Of a stretch of 64,000 nt of DNA, positions 45,334 to 54,709 are shown in pieces; positions within the stretch are counted from its first letter, which is position 1, and every line of letters begins with the position of its first letter. The notes under the pieces were generated by a model. That model was not told where the DNA came from, searched no databases, and saw nothing but the letters and a program-made list of their open reading frames with translations. The position numbers were made by a program, and so were the translations under genes. Source of the stretch: Candidatus Omnitrophota bacterium (GTDB lineage: Bacteria > Omnitrophota > Gorgyraeia > Gygaellales > UBA12090); contig JAUSCZ010000022.1 of NCBI GenBank assembly GCA_030674475.1, positions 2,628-66,627 on the forward strand, written 5' to 3'.

Positions 45334-46155
45334 TTAAAGACTATCTTCTTTTTCTTTAAATGAATTCAACCTCTTCTTTAGCTCTTCGAAGTCAACTTGA
45401 TGGCCGTCAAATTCCGGGCCGTCAACACAGCCAAATACAACCTTACCCCCCACACTCACCCGGCAGCTTCCGCACATTCCGGTAGCGTCAACCATTATCG
45501 GATTAAGGCTGACAATGGTCTTGATGTTATACATTTTAGTTAAATTAGAAACTGCCTGCATCATCACTACCGGGCCGACAGCATACACACGATTAGGATA
45601 CAGGGTATGGGTAGATTTCTCTACTGAAGTAAACAGGTCTTGGAGTATATCGGTAACCAATCCCTTTTTTCCTAAGGAGCCGTCATCGGTAGTAATAAAA
45701 AATTCATCACAGAGCTCTCGCAGTTCTTCTTTTAGGATGATTAAGCTCTCTTTACGGGCCCCGATAATTCCCAGCACCCGGTTTCCCGCCTTTTTCATTG
45801 CCTTAACCACCGGATAGATTTCAGCTATGCCCACTCCCCCGCCTACGCAGATAACCGTGCCGAAATTCTCAATATCCGTAGGCTGGCCTAAGGGGCCTAA
45901 GATATGCTGAATTGAATCACCGGGGCCAAGCAGGCCGAGTTCCCGGGTGGAAAAACCTATTTCCTGGAATATCAGGGTAATTGTTCCCTCTTGAGGGTTT
46001 AAATCGGCGATGGTTAAAGGAATGCGCTCGGAACTTTCTTTACTCACAATAACTACAAATTGTCCGGGCCGGGCCTTACGGGCTATTTCCCCGGCCTCCA
46101 CAACTATCTTTTTTATCTGAGGAGCAAGATTAGTTTTTTCAATTATTTTAAACAT
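45334..46155 (-). CDS. nfnA: NfnA / SudB-like subunit (FAD, 2Fe-2S; DHODH electron-transfer-subunit fold)
   Basis: FAD-binding RPGQFVVI and C-terminal 2Fe-2S CGMCGSCRV...C. 273 aa. Confidence 0.7.
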   Translation of the reverse strand: MFKIIEKTNLAPQIKKIVVEAGEIARKARPGQFVVIVSKESSERIPLTIADLNPQEGTITLIFQEIGFSTRELGLLGPGDSIQHILGPLGQPTDIENFGTVICVGGGVGIAEIYPVVKAMKKAGNRVLGIIGARKESLIILKEELRELCDEFFITTDDGSLGKKGLVTDILQDLFTSVEKSTHTLYPNRVYAVGPVVMMQAVSNLTKMYNIKTIVSLNPIMVDATGMCGSCRVSVGGKVVFGCVDGPEFDGHQVDFEELKKRLNSFKEKEDSL

Positions 46156-46178
46156 CTTTAAGTCAGTGACTGGTTGAT

Positions 46179-46201
46179 AGTTGATAGTTGATGGCTTATG
46201 G
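46179..46201 (-). promoter_or_regulatory. 23-mer AGTTGATAGTTGATGGCTTATGG upstream of nfnA (shared with the dnaE upstream region)
   Basis: 22/23 identical to 61395-61417. Both are followed by CTATAAAC-containing repeats. Confidence 0.5.
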
Positions 46202-46236
46202 ATTTTCGCTATACACTATAAACCATACACTATAAA

Positions 46237-47205
46237 CTATTTCTCAATTATTTTAACTTCTACGCCGTCCATTTTTCCGGCCAACTCGAGACCTTTTTCT
46301 TTTCCTAAGACGAACACGGTTGTGCTCAGGCCATCGCTGGTGGCGGCATCCGGAGCAATAATAGTTACCGAGGAGATATTGTTATCCACAGGCCAGCCGG
46401 TTTTAGGGTCAATGATATGGCTGTAGCGTTTTTTGTCCAGAATAAAAAACTGCTCGTAGTCGCCGGAGGTAGCCGCCCCCTGATTCTCTAAATCCAGATA
46501 AAAGACAATCTCCGCGGGCTTGCGGGGATGGCGCACACCGATACGCCATTTGCGGCTTCCCTTTTTACCTAAGCAATAGACATTGCCTCCGGCATTGACT
46601 AAGGCGGATCGCACGCCTGATTCTTTAAGCCGCCTTACCGCCTTATCCACGGCATAGCCCTTGGCGATTGCCCCTAAATCAATAGACATTCCAGATTGGG
46701 TGAAACTCATGGAAGAGGTGCTATCATCCAGGCTGATTTTATCTGAACCCACCAGGCTAAGGGCTCTTTTAATCTGGCTTTCTGACGGCAAGGTTAATCC
46801 GCGGCTCTTACCCCTCCCCGCCTCCCCTTGGTAAGGGGAGGATTTTTTATTTTCAAATTCCCGGATTTTTTCTTTCCAAATATTAACCAGCGGCGCGACG
46901 GTGATATCAAAGGCTCCTTCGGAAAGACGGTAGTATTTCAAAGACTCTCTAACCATATTATACAAATCCTGGCTGGCCTGAATTTTTCCCGCGGCATTAA
47001 GGCGGGATATCTCGGAATCAGGATTAAAATTATTGGCGATTGTTTCAATCTTTTTTATCTCCTCAAAAGCTGAGGTGATGGCCGCGCGATCTTGACAGGT
47101 AATCTCCACGATTGTGCCCAGCATCAAGCGGGCTTCTTTGTGATAGGGCTGAAAAGAACATCCGGCCAATCCCAGAATCAAAATTAAAAATTTTATCTTT
47201 TTCAT
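46237..47205 (-). CDS. apbE: FAD:protein FMN transferase (ApbE/Ftp) lipoprotein with an in-frame MITE insertion
   Basis: Lipobox LAGC, ApbE motifs (DLGAIAKGYAVDKA, SGDYEQ, HIIDP). The palindromic repeat at 46811-46848 encodes an inserted KKSSPYQGEAGRGKSRG segment. Confidence 0.75.
   Translation of the reverse strand: MKKIKFLILILGLAGCSFQPYHKEARLMLGTIVEITCQDRAAITSAFEEIKKIETIANNFNPDSEISRLNAAGKIQASQDLYNMVRESLKYYRLSEGAFDITVAPLVNIWKEKIREFENKKSSPYQGEAGRGKSRGLTLPSESQIKRALSLVGSDKISLDDSTSSMSFTQSGMSIDLGAIAKGYAVDKAVRRLKESGVRSALVNAGGNVYCLGKKGSRKWRIGVRHPRKPAEIVFYLDLENQGAATSGDYEQFFILDKKRYSHIIDPKTGWPVDNNISSVTIIAPDAATSDGLSTTVFVLGKEKGLELAGKMDGVEVKIIEK
46811..46848. repeat. MITE/REP-like palindromic element copy 4, in frame inside apbE
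   Basis: CCCCTCCCCGCCTCCCCTTGGTAAGGGGAGGATTTTTT. Confidence 0.8.
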
Positions 47206-48983
47206 AGCTTAAAGAAATTTAGCAATTCATTCACGGACAGCGTATTTATTACATCGTCTTTAGTAAGCCAGCCGCGCCGGGCCGTGGCCACGCCTAAGGA
47301 CATACACTTTAGCTGGTCAGTAGTATGGGAATCGGTGGAAACAGCCAGTTTTATTCCTTTTTCTTTGGCCTTACGGCAGTTGACATCATTCAAATCCAGC
47401 CTTAAGGGATACGCGCTGACTTCTAATACTATACCATAATCTGAGGCGGCTTTAAAGAATTCTTCAAAATCTATCTCATAGGGGTCTCTGGTTCCCCAGA
47501 GTTTTCCGGTAGGATGAGCGATAATATCCACATTTTTATTTTTACAGGCCTTTACTAAACGCTTAGTAATCTGCTGTTTTGATTGCTTGAATCCGGTATG
47601 GATTGCCGCTACCACGATATCAAATTCAACCAAAACGCTATCCGGATAGTCTAGCGTGCCCGCGGAGTCAATATCCACCTCCGCTGCGAAGAAAATCCTA
47701 AAATCCTTTAACTTGGAGTTTAATTTATTTATCTCGGCTCTTTTTATTTTTAAATCTTCCAGAGAGAGACCGCCGGCTACTTTCAGGCTTTGGGAATGGT
47801 CACTCATATTAAGGTATTCATAACCTAAATCCCGGGCGGCCTGAGCCATTTCTAAAATGCTGTTTTTCCCGTCAGAATATTGGGAATGGGCGTGCAGGTC
47901 ACCCCGGATATCTTTTAAGGTAAGCAGTCGGGGAAGCATATCCCGGGCGGCAAGCTCTATCTCGCCTCTATCCTCGCGCAATTCCGGCTCAATAAACTGA
48001 AGGCCTAGAGAGGTAAAGACCTCTTCTTCACTTTTCCCGCAGAGATAATTTTCCTTATTATCCTTAGCGCCTAAGGCTGGAGCGCCAACAGCGGGAACCT
48101 TAAATACCCCGTATTCATTTATTTTTAAGTTTTTCTTAATAGCTAACTGCCGAAGCTTAATGTTGAAATTCTTTGAACCGGTAAAATAAATCATCGCCGC
48201 GCCAAAGCTTTTTTCCTCTACTATTCTTAAATCTATTTTGATGCCCTCCTTAGTTATGACTGAGGTTTTAGTGAGGCCTTTAGCGCCGACATCTTTTATA
48301 TTGGGAAGCCGGAGAAAGGCATCTATTATTTTATCCGGATAGCCGGATACTGCCAAAATATCAATATCTCCTACTGTCTCTCGCATTCGGCGCAGGGATC
48401 CGCAGGCTGATATTTTTCGCGCGTAGGGGTTCTTTTTTAAAGGTTTAATAAATTCGTCGGCGGTCTTAAGCGCGCTGGCCAAATCCATCCGCTCCCGGCC
48501 CTTTTTAAACAACGCGATTCCCTTCAGGATATTCTCAACCGTTTTTTCTTTAATGCCCTCCAGTTCCAAGAGCTTTCCCTTTCTGGCAAATTCCTCCAAT
48601 TCTTTGACGCTTTTCACCTTAAGCTTATCATAAAACAACTTCGCGTGTTTAGGCCCTACGGAGGGTACGCGTAAAAGATCTAATAATCCTTCAGGAATGC
48701 TTCTTTTGAGCTCCTCAAAGAATTTCAGCTTTCCGGTTTTGGTTATCTCGATAATTTTCTGAGCCAAGTCGCTTCCGACACCGGGAATACTATTGAGCCG
48801 GTTTTCATTGATCAGGTCCTGAATATCTTCGCTCAGGGATTCGATATTCCGGGCCGCCCGTTCGTAGGCGCGCGCCCTAAAAACATTTTCCCCTTTGATT
48901 TCTAATATTTTAGCGATAGCGCGGAATATTTCGGATATGGTTTTACTTATCATTTTGCTTAAACTCTTTGACCCGGAAACCAT
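47202..48983 (-). CDS. polX: DNA polymerase X family protein with C-terminal PHP phosphoesterase domain
   Basis: N-terminal HhH/Pol-beta-like domain and PHP domain (HAHSQYSDG..., HTDSH). 593 aa. Confidence 0.75.
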   Translation of the reverse strand: MVSGSKSLSKMISKTISEIFRAIAKILEIKGENVFRARAYERAARNIESLSEDIQDLINENRLNSIPGVGSDLAQKIIEITKTGKLKFFEELKRSIPEGLLDLLRVPSVGPKHAKLFYDKLKVKSVKELEEFARKGKLLELEGIKEKTVENILKGIALFKKGRERMDLASALKTADEFIKPLKKNPYARKISACGSLRRMRETVGDIDILAVSGYPDKIIDAFLRLPNIKDVGAKGLTKTSVITKEGIKIDLRIVEEKSFGAAMIYFTGSKNFNIKLRQLAIKKNLKINEYGVFKVPAVGAPALGAKDNKENYLCGKSEEEVFTSLGLQFIEPELREDRGEIELAARDMLPRLLTLKDIRGDLHAHSQYSDGKNSILEMAQAARDLGYEYLNMSDHSQSLKVAGGLSLEDLKIKRAEINKLNSKLKDFRIFFAAEVDIDSAGTLDYPDSVLVEFDIVVAAIHTGFKQSKQQITKRLVKACKNKNVDIIAHPTGKLWGTRDPYEIDFEEFFKAASDYGIVLEVSAYPLRLDLNDVNCRKAKEKGIKLAVSTDSHTTDQLKCMSLGVATARRGWLTKDDVINTLSVNELLNFFKL

Positions 48984-49377
48984 TAAGAATTCTCAAGGTG
49001 AGAAAATAGAAATAGGGCATCTTGAAAAAATCCCGGTTGACTACCAAATCAAAAAGCATATGCTGGGTAATGCCTATACCTAAGGCCAGCCAGAAGTTTC
49101 CCAGCTTAAAGAAGTAAATTGCCAGCCAGAATAAAATCAGGCACTCCAGGGAATGAAATATAAGAGTTAGATGTGTAAATTTACACTTAACGCAGAATTC
49201 ATAGAAACGCCGGACCTTAAGGTTAAAGCCCTGATGCAGGTAGTAATCTATAACATGGTCTAAGTCAATCAGGAATCCCCCGACAAAAGATATCATCAGG
49301 CAGGATTCCGACTTCGAGGCCAAATAAATAGTCCCGCTTACTATGGAAGTAGCTATAAAGTGATACGCCGGCCGCAT
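48943..49377 (-). CDS. Small membrane protein, possibly a YdjM-like membrane-bound metal-dependent hydrolase
   Basis: Four predicted TM segments and an IDLDHVIDY motif. 144 aa. Confidence 0.35.
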   Translation of the reverse strand: MRPAYHFIATSIVSGTIYLASKSESCLMISFVGGFLIDLDHVIDYYLHQGFNLKVRRFYEFCVKCKFTHLTLIFHSLECLILFWLAIYFFKLGNFWLALGIGITQHMLFDLVVNRDFFKMPYFYFLTLRILNGFRVKEFKQNDK

Positions 49378-49378
49378 C

Positions 49379-50314
49379 TTATAAATTCACTCTTAAATTA
49401 TAAGAGGCTTCGATGGTTTTAACCAGGTTAGTTAATACGGAGTTTACCGGGGTGGGGAGGTTTAGGGCTTGGGCCTGGCGGACTATGGCTCCGTTGATAA
49501 AGTCTATTTCGGTTGGTTTGCGCCTTAAGACATCCTGCAGCATACTAGAGACATTGGCGGCAGTGGCCTCGCAGACTGCCTCAACCTTGGAAAGCGGGTC
49601 GTCGTAAATCAGCTTAATTCTCTTTTTCTTAGCCACTCTCACCGCTTCATTGACTGCCTCTTCTAATATTTTTCTGGTTCCCGCGAACTCAATCAACTTT
49701 CCGTTGTTTAAATGGGTAAGGGCGGTTAAGGCGTTTATCCCTACATTTATAATCAGCTTGGACCAGAGAAGCGACCTTATGTCTTTGGACAGGCGGGTCT
49801 CCAGGCCGCATTGGTTAAAGAGTTCGCGGATAAAGCGCAGTTCCACCGGCAGTCTTCCGTCAAGCCTTCCAATGACAGTCTCGGCCTTTCCGGCATGCCG
49901 AACCCAGCCCGGACCCAAAAGAGTAGCCCCCTGGTTAGTTATCCCTCCCAGGACTCTCTCCTGGCCAACCACCTCCGAGATAATTTCTATGTTGCCTAAA
50001 CCGTTCTGCAGGCTTAAAACCAGGCTTGACTCACTTAACAAGCTTTTTATATCTTTGACGGCATTCTTAGTGTCATAAGATTTTACCGCGATAATCACTA
50101 AGTCCTGGGGTTGAGGTATCTCTTTTGCCTGGGAGGCAGTATTCACCTTCACCTGCCAGCTTCCCGAGATGCCTTCAATCTTCAGGCCTTGTTCTTTAAT
50201 CTTTTGGGCGCGCTCAGGGTTATTATCCAAAAGCCAGATTTCCTCTTTACTCTTAGACAGGAAACAGGCTAACAAGCACCCCATTGCCCCGGGGCCGACT
50301 ATGGTTATTTTCAC
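49379..50314 (-). CDS. panE: 2-dehydropantoate 2-reductase (ketopantoate reductase), GTG start
   Basis: MKITIVGPGAMG Rossmann, ApbA family, 311 aa. GAGGAG 8 nt upstream of the GTG. Confidence 0.7.
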   Translation of the reverse strand: MKITIVGPGAMGCLLACFLSKSKEEIWLLDNNPERAQKIKEQGLKIEGISGSWQVKVNTASQAKEIPQPQDLVIIAVKSYDTKNAVKDIKSLLSESSLVLSLQNGLGNIEIISEVVGQERVLGGITNQGATLLGPGWVRHAGKAETVIGRLDGRLPVELRFIRELFNQCGLETRLSKDIRSLLWSKLIINVGINALTALTHLNNGKLIEFAGTRKILEEAVNEAVRVAKKKRIKLIYDDPLSKVEAVCEATAANVSSMLQDVLRRKPTEIDFINGAIVRQAQALNLPTPVNSVLTNLVKTIEASYNLRVNL

Positions 50315-50334
50315 CTAAAAATCTCCTCTCCAGC

Positions 50335-50359
50335 GCGATAAATCGCGCCGCTACGCGAC
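50335..50359 (-). promoter_or_regulatory. Conserved motif GCGATAAATCGC-GCCGCTACGCGAC, copy C, ending 20 nt upstream of the panE GTG
   Basis: Third copy of the motif, with identical spacing. Confidence 0.6.
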
Positions 50360-50417
50360 ACGAGTAACCTAAGTTCTATTTTCTTATTCTTCCAAGAAAG
50401 CTAAAAGCCGGTTATTT

Positions 50418-51167
50418 TCAACAGCTCAGCGCATCTAAAACCTCTTTTGAACGCGGCCTGACCTGGAGGTGAAATTCCATAAAATTCTGCAGTATGGTAT
50501 TAAACTCTTCCTTGATTTTACCGCTTAAACCCAGGCGCAGGGAATTGTCCCAATCGTTTTCCTCCATATGCAGTATTGAGGCCACGGTCCCTTTAAGCAC
50601 CGCGGCGGAGTAATTATCGCTCACGCCGCATTTGGGACACAACAGCCCTCCGCGTTTAGCGTTAAAATAGGCATCTTCAAAAACATCTTTATTGCAGATA
50701 ACACAGGCCTCCAGGCGGGGCCTAAAGCCTATCAACTTTAAGAATTTAATTAAGAATACGCGCGAAATCTTCTGAGGCTCTTTATGCGACTCCATTCGTC
50801 GTAAGGCCGAAACCGCCAATTCATATACCGCGGTATTCTTTTCCTCCTCAGGCATAAACTGCCTCAAGAGATCCACCAGATAATAAGCGCAGACGACCGA
50901 CTCGAGATTATTTCTCAGAGGACTAAAGTTATCTTTAAGGTCGCACTGGGAAACCAGGTGCAGGCCGGAATTACGGCTCTGGTAGAAAATTATCTCATTG
51001 GAAGAAAACGGTTCTAAGGTAGAGGCGAATTTCCTGGGGTCTTTCCTGATTCCCTTTAATATGCCGTTTACCCTGCCGTGGTCCTTGGTAAAAAAATGGG
51101 CAATCAGGCTGGTTTCCCTAAAATCAAAGGTTTTTAAGACTATTGCCTCGGTTTTAATGATGGCCAT
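50418..51167 (-). CDS. recO: DNA repair protein RecO
   Basis: N-terminal OB fold and C-terminal Cys4 zinc motif (CVICNKD...CPKCG). 249 aa, downstream of ybeY as in Firmicutes. Confidence 0.75.
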   Translation of the reverse strand: MAIIKTEAIVLKTFDFRETSLIAHFFTKDHGRVNGILKGIRKDPRKFASTLEPFSSNEIIFYQSRNSGLHLVSQCDLKDNFSPLRNNLESVVCAYYLVDLLRQFMPEEEKNTAVYELAVSALRRMESHKEPQKISRVFLIKFLKLIGFRPRLEACVICNKDVFEDAYFNAKRGGLLCPKCGVSDNYSAAVLKGTVASILHMEENDWDNSLRLGLSGKIKEEFNTILQNFMEFHLQVRPRSKEVLDALSC

Positions 51168-51240
51168 ATTTTCTTGGTGTATAGGAAATTATATCAGGTC
51201 ACCTAAATCAGATCCTTCGCCGCCTTCGGCGGGGTCAGGA

Positions 51241-51720
51241 TCAAAAAAATCGCCGAAAGTCATCGCCAAAGGCGATTTTTTTGAGTATTTCCTCTTGTTT
51301 CGCGAACATCCGCTTTCTTTCTTTAGGTGCCGCGTCATTATATCCGTTTAAATGCAGGATTCCGTGAATGATATACAGCAAGATTTCTTTCTTGAGTGAA
51401 CTTTTATATATCCTGGCGTTTCTTTTGGCAGTATCTAAAGATATCGCGATATCGGCATTATCTTTGGAGTAAGGGAAGGCGATTACGTCGGTCGGAGTAT
51501 TAGTTTTGAGGTATTTTTGGTTCAGCTTCTTGATCCGGACATCACTAAAGAAGCTGATTCCTAAAGACAGGCCTGTGTATTTCTTCCCGGATAACCTAAG
51601 GGCGTTTCGCGCGCATCTTTTTAAAACACTTTGAGTTAAAGGAAGATGACGTTTAGTCGTGTTTTTTATGATGATGTTCTTTGGTATGGCCGGGTGATTC
51701 GGGATAGTTAATTCTTCCAT
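51241..51720 (-). CDS. ybeY: Endoribonuclease YbeY
   Basis: HGILHLNGYND metal-binding motif. The true start may lie downstream of the track start, because the track ORF overlaps pgpH by 68 nt. Confidence 0.75.
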   Translation of the reverse strand: MEELTIPNHPAIPKNIIIKNTTKRHLPLTQSVLKRCARNALRLSGKKYTGLSLGISFFSDVRIKKLNQKYLKTNTPTDVIAFPYSKDNADIAISLDTAKRNARIYKSSLKKEILLYIIHGILHLNGYNDAAPKERKRMFAKQEEILKKIAFGDDFRRFF

Positions 51721-53095
51721 GATATATGCCGCTCAACATATGAATAAAAACCTTGGCTATTTTTTCTAAATCCTTTAGGGTCAAATCACAATTATCCAAC
51801 TGTCCGTCAATAAACTTGTTATTGATTACCTTATGAACTACCTCTTCAATCCTGGAGGCGTTAGGCTCGGCTATGGCCCGGGTGGCCGCCTCAACCGAAT
51901 CCGCCAGGAGCACAATGGCGGTTTCCCGGGAGGCCGGTTTCGGCCCGGGATAACGAAAACCTTCTTCTAAGATTTTTTCATCCTGCTCTATCTCTTCTAA
52001 GGCCTTGCGGTAGAAATAATATACTAAGCCTGAGCCGTGATGCTGGGTTATGAAATCCACTATAGCCGGTTTAAGCCGGTATTTTTTAGCCAACTCCATT
52101 CCTTCCTTAATATGATTGATGATTACCATCTTGCTTATGGAGGGGCTTAAGTGTTCGTGCTTACTCAGGGCCTTTTGGTTTTCCATAAAATATTCGGGGC
52201 TATTGAGCTTGCCTATATCGTGGTAATATCCCCCGATGCGGGCCAGGAGGGAATTCGCCTGGATACTTTCGGCTGCCGCCTCGGCAATATTTCCCACGAC
52301 TATGCTATGATGATAGGTGCCGGGAGCGTCCAAAATCATTTTTTTAAGCAGGGGGTGATTAAAGTCGGATAACTCCAAAAGGCTGATATCGGTAACCATA
52401 CCGAAGAAATTCTCTAAAAGCGGCAATATTCCGGTTACGGTAACCGCGCAGATTAAACCGTTAAAAAGATTAGCCGCGATATCGTTAATGCCCGCTTGAG
52501 GATAGGCCATCCAGAAAAGCAGGGCCTGGGCCCCTCCGGCAAATAATCCGGCGCTTAAAATCTGAATCCTCCGGCGCAGCCTTCTGGTGGAAATAGCGGT
52601 AACCATCCCGGTGATGAAGAAAATCAGGGTTACGGAGAGCGAATTCCCCGACAATATTCCGGCAAAACACGCCGAAAGAACGGCAAAATAAAAAGATAAG
52701 GCGGCGTCTTTGTAGAGTATGGAGACACACATTATCAGGCCGCTTACCGGTATGTAGGAGGCGGGAATTTGATAGTCTAATATTTTTTTGGTAATCACCA
52801 AAAAAAGAACAAACAGAAACGTCAGCACCAGACAATCGTATTTTTTGCCGCGGCTGTTGGAATTAAGCGCGGGGTGAGAAAATCCAAGATAGAGAATAAA
52901 TCCGACCAGAAGGGCCCCGGGTAAAAGATTAAGATTCAAGAAAAATATTTCCGCCGCCACTATGACGATTCCTAGAACAACATACAGGCACAGCTCTTTT
53001 TTAAAAACAAGCGCTTTTTCTATAAGGCGTTTTAATAAAAATTTTCCTGGGGGTTTTTGAATAAGATCAGGGCGGGGACTGTTTTTAGGGCGCAT
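51653..53095 (-). CDS. pgpH: 7TM receptor with intracellular HD hydrolase (PgpH-like c-di-AMP phosphodiesterase)
   Basis: Seven TM helices, C-terminal HD domain (HHSIVVGNIAEAAA...YHDIGK). 480 aa, between phoH and ybeY. Confidence 0.7.
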   Translation of the reverse strand: MRPKNSPRPDLIQKPPGKFLLKRLIEKALVFKKELCLYVVLGIVIVAAEIFFLNLNLLPGALLVGFILYLGFSHPALNSNSRGKKYDCLVLTFLFVLFLVITKKILDYQIPASYIPVSGLIMCVSILYKDAALSFYFAVLSACFAGILSGNSLSVTLIFFITGMVTAISTRRLRRRIQILSAGLFAGGAQALLFWMAYPQAGINDIAANLFNGLICAVTVTGILPLLENFFGMVTDISLLELSDFNHPLLKKMILDAPGTYHHSIVVGNIAEAAAESIQANSLLARIGGYYHDIGKLNSPEYFMENQKALSKHEHLSPSISKMVIINHIKEGMELAKKYRLKPAIVDFITQHHGSGLVYYFYRKALEEIEQDEKILEEGFRYPGPKPASRETAIVLLADSVEAATRAIAEPNASRIEEVVHKVINNKFIDGQLDNCDLTLKDLEKIAKVFIHMLSGIYHGRINYPESPGHTKEHHHKKHD

Positions 53096-53140
53096 AATTT
53101 ATTTTTTTAGATTGGATCACATAAAGAAAGGCCTCGCGCC

Positions 53141-54088
53141 TTAACGTAAAGCGGATAATTTCTCGTAGGCCGCGACTATCTTCCGCACTAACTCGTGCCT
53201 GACCACATCTTTTCCGCTGAAATAGACAAATCCTATTCCTTCTATAGTCTTGAGTATATCCAGCGCCAGGCACAATCCCACAGGTTTTCCCCCGGGAAGG
53301 TCAGTCTGGGTGATATCGCCGGTGATTACCACCTTGGAGTCGAAGCCTAATCTGGTAAGAAACATCTTCAATTGTTCAACGGTGCAATTTTGGGCCTCAT
53401 CCAGAATTATAAAGGCGTCATTTAAGGTTCTCCCTCGCATATACGCTAATGGCGCGACCTCGATGGTCCCGATTTCAATGTATTTTTCAATCTGCACTCC
53501 CTCCATCATATCGTATAAGGCGTCATAGAGCGGCCTCAAAAAAGGGAGTATTTTCTCATAAAGAGTTCCCGGCAGATACCCTAAGGATTCTCCCGCTTCC
53601 ACAGCCGGCCGGGTAAGGATGATCCTGCGAAAATAGCCTTTTCTTAAGGCCTCAACCGCCATAGCCATGGCTAAGTAGGTTTTGCCGGTTCCGGCGGGGC
53701 CGACCCCAAAAACAATGTCGTGCTGTTTTATGGCCTGGATGTATTCGTTCTGGGTTGACGTTTTCGGCCCTACGGTTTTTCCTTTGAAAGAAAAACCTAT
53801 ATCCAGTTTTTCTTCTTTTTTTTCGCGGGCCTTTACCTTAGCGCTAGAAAACACGCTCTGTAATTCCTGCTTAGTTACAGCCTGTCCTGAACGGATAGCG
53901 TCTAAAACACGCTCAATAACCGGCAGGGCATTTTTGAGTTTTTCTTTACTGCCGGATATTTTCAGGGTATCCGACCGCAGAAGAATTGTTACTTCCAACT
54001 CCTTCTCTAAAATTGGGATATTTTCGTCCCGGGGCCCAAGAAACATCAATGCCTCAGAACTATTCTTTAGCTTAATCTGTTTTTCCAT
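53141..54088 (-). CDS. phoH: PhoH-like ATPase
   Basis: Walker A GPAGTGKTYLA, 315 aa. Confidence 0.8.
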   Translation of the reverse strand: MEKQIKLKNSSEALMFLGPRDENIPILEKELEVTILLRSDTLKISGSKEKLKNALPVIERVLDAIRSGQAVTKQELQSVFSSAKVKAREKKEEKLDIGFSFKGKTVGPKTSTQNEYIQAIKQHDIVFGVGPAGTGKTYLAMAMAVEALRKGYFRRIILTRPAVEAGESLGYLPGTLYEKILPFLRPLYDALYDMMEGVQIEKYIEIGTIEVAPLAYMRGRTLNDAFIILDEAQNCTVEQLKMFLTRLGFDSKVVITGDITQTDLPGGKPVGLCLALDILKTIEGIGFVYFSGKDVVRHELVRKIVAAYEKLSALR

Positions 54089-54096
54089 ACAAGGGG

Positions 54097-54696
54097 TTAA
54101 TCCCGGGGTATTATCAGCTCCTGGCCGGGCTTTATCCTGTCCGGAGCCTTAAGTTTATCCTTGTTAGCCTTATAAATCTTTACCCATTGTTTATGGGTTC
54201 CATAAATCTCCGGGCGGGCCGATATCTTCTGCAAAGTATCTCCGTTTTTGACTATATAGGTGCCGGGAAGATTTGATTTCGCGCTCAGAGGCTGGAGCGG
54301 GGTTTTAACTTCCTGCATATCCATGATCGTAGACCGGGTTTTTGGCTCGAAACCCTCCTGGAGGGGTTCGTTTTCTAGGTTCTGACTCACCACTTCCGGC
54401 GCGTTGACGGTATTTTCTCCCAGCGTCTTAGGCGGCTCTTTAAGATGTTCAATTTTTAAAGGGCTCTGGAGCTCGACCTCAAAAAATTTATACCGGCGCT
54501 GAGTGAATTTCTTGGGCTGTTGATAATTTGCCGGGGCCTGGCCGCTTAAGAATCCCTGGTTTCCGGATACCTCCTGGTCAGGCCGGTCTTTTGTCACCGT
54601 ATAAGTCCGGATTAAACAGCCGTTTAAAAGAAACAACGCGAATAATCCGTATGCCGTGAAACATTTTTTGCTTTTAAAGATTCCATTTTTTCTCAT
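54097..54696 (-). CDS. LysM-domain lipoprotein
   Basis: Lipobox LLNGC. C-terminal LysM (YIVKNGDTLQKIS...IKPGQELIIP). Confidence 0.65.
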   Translation of the reverse strand: MRKNGIFKSKKCFTAYGLFALFLLNGCLIRTYTVTKDRPDQEVSGNQGFLSGQAPANYQQPKKFTQRRYKFFEVELQSPLKIEHLKEPPKTLGENTVNAPEVVSQNLENEPLQEGFEPKTRSTIMDMQEVKTPLQPLSAKSNLPGTYIVKNGDTLQKISARPEIYGTHKQWVKIYKANKDKLKAPDRIKPGQELIIPRD

Positions 54697-54709
54697 AAAT
54701 TCCTCCTGG

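Noticed and set aside
52485-52835. 116-aa and 62-aa minus-strand ORFs (52485..52835, 53085..53273) in other frames
   Set aside because: Embedded in pgpH or overlapping the phoH C-terminus in alternative frames, with no features.
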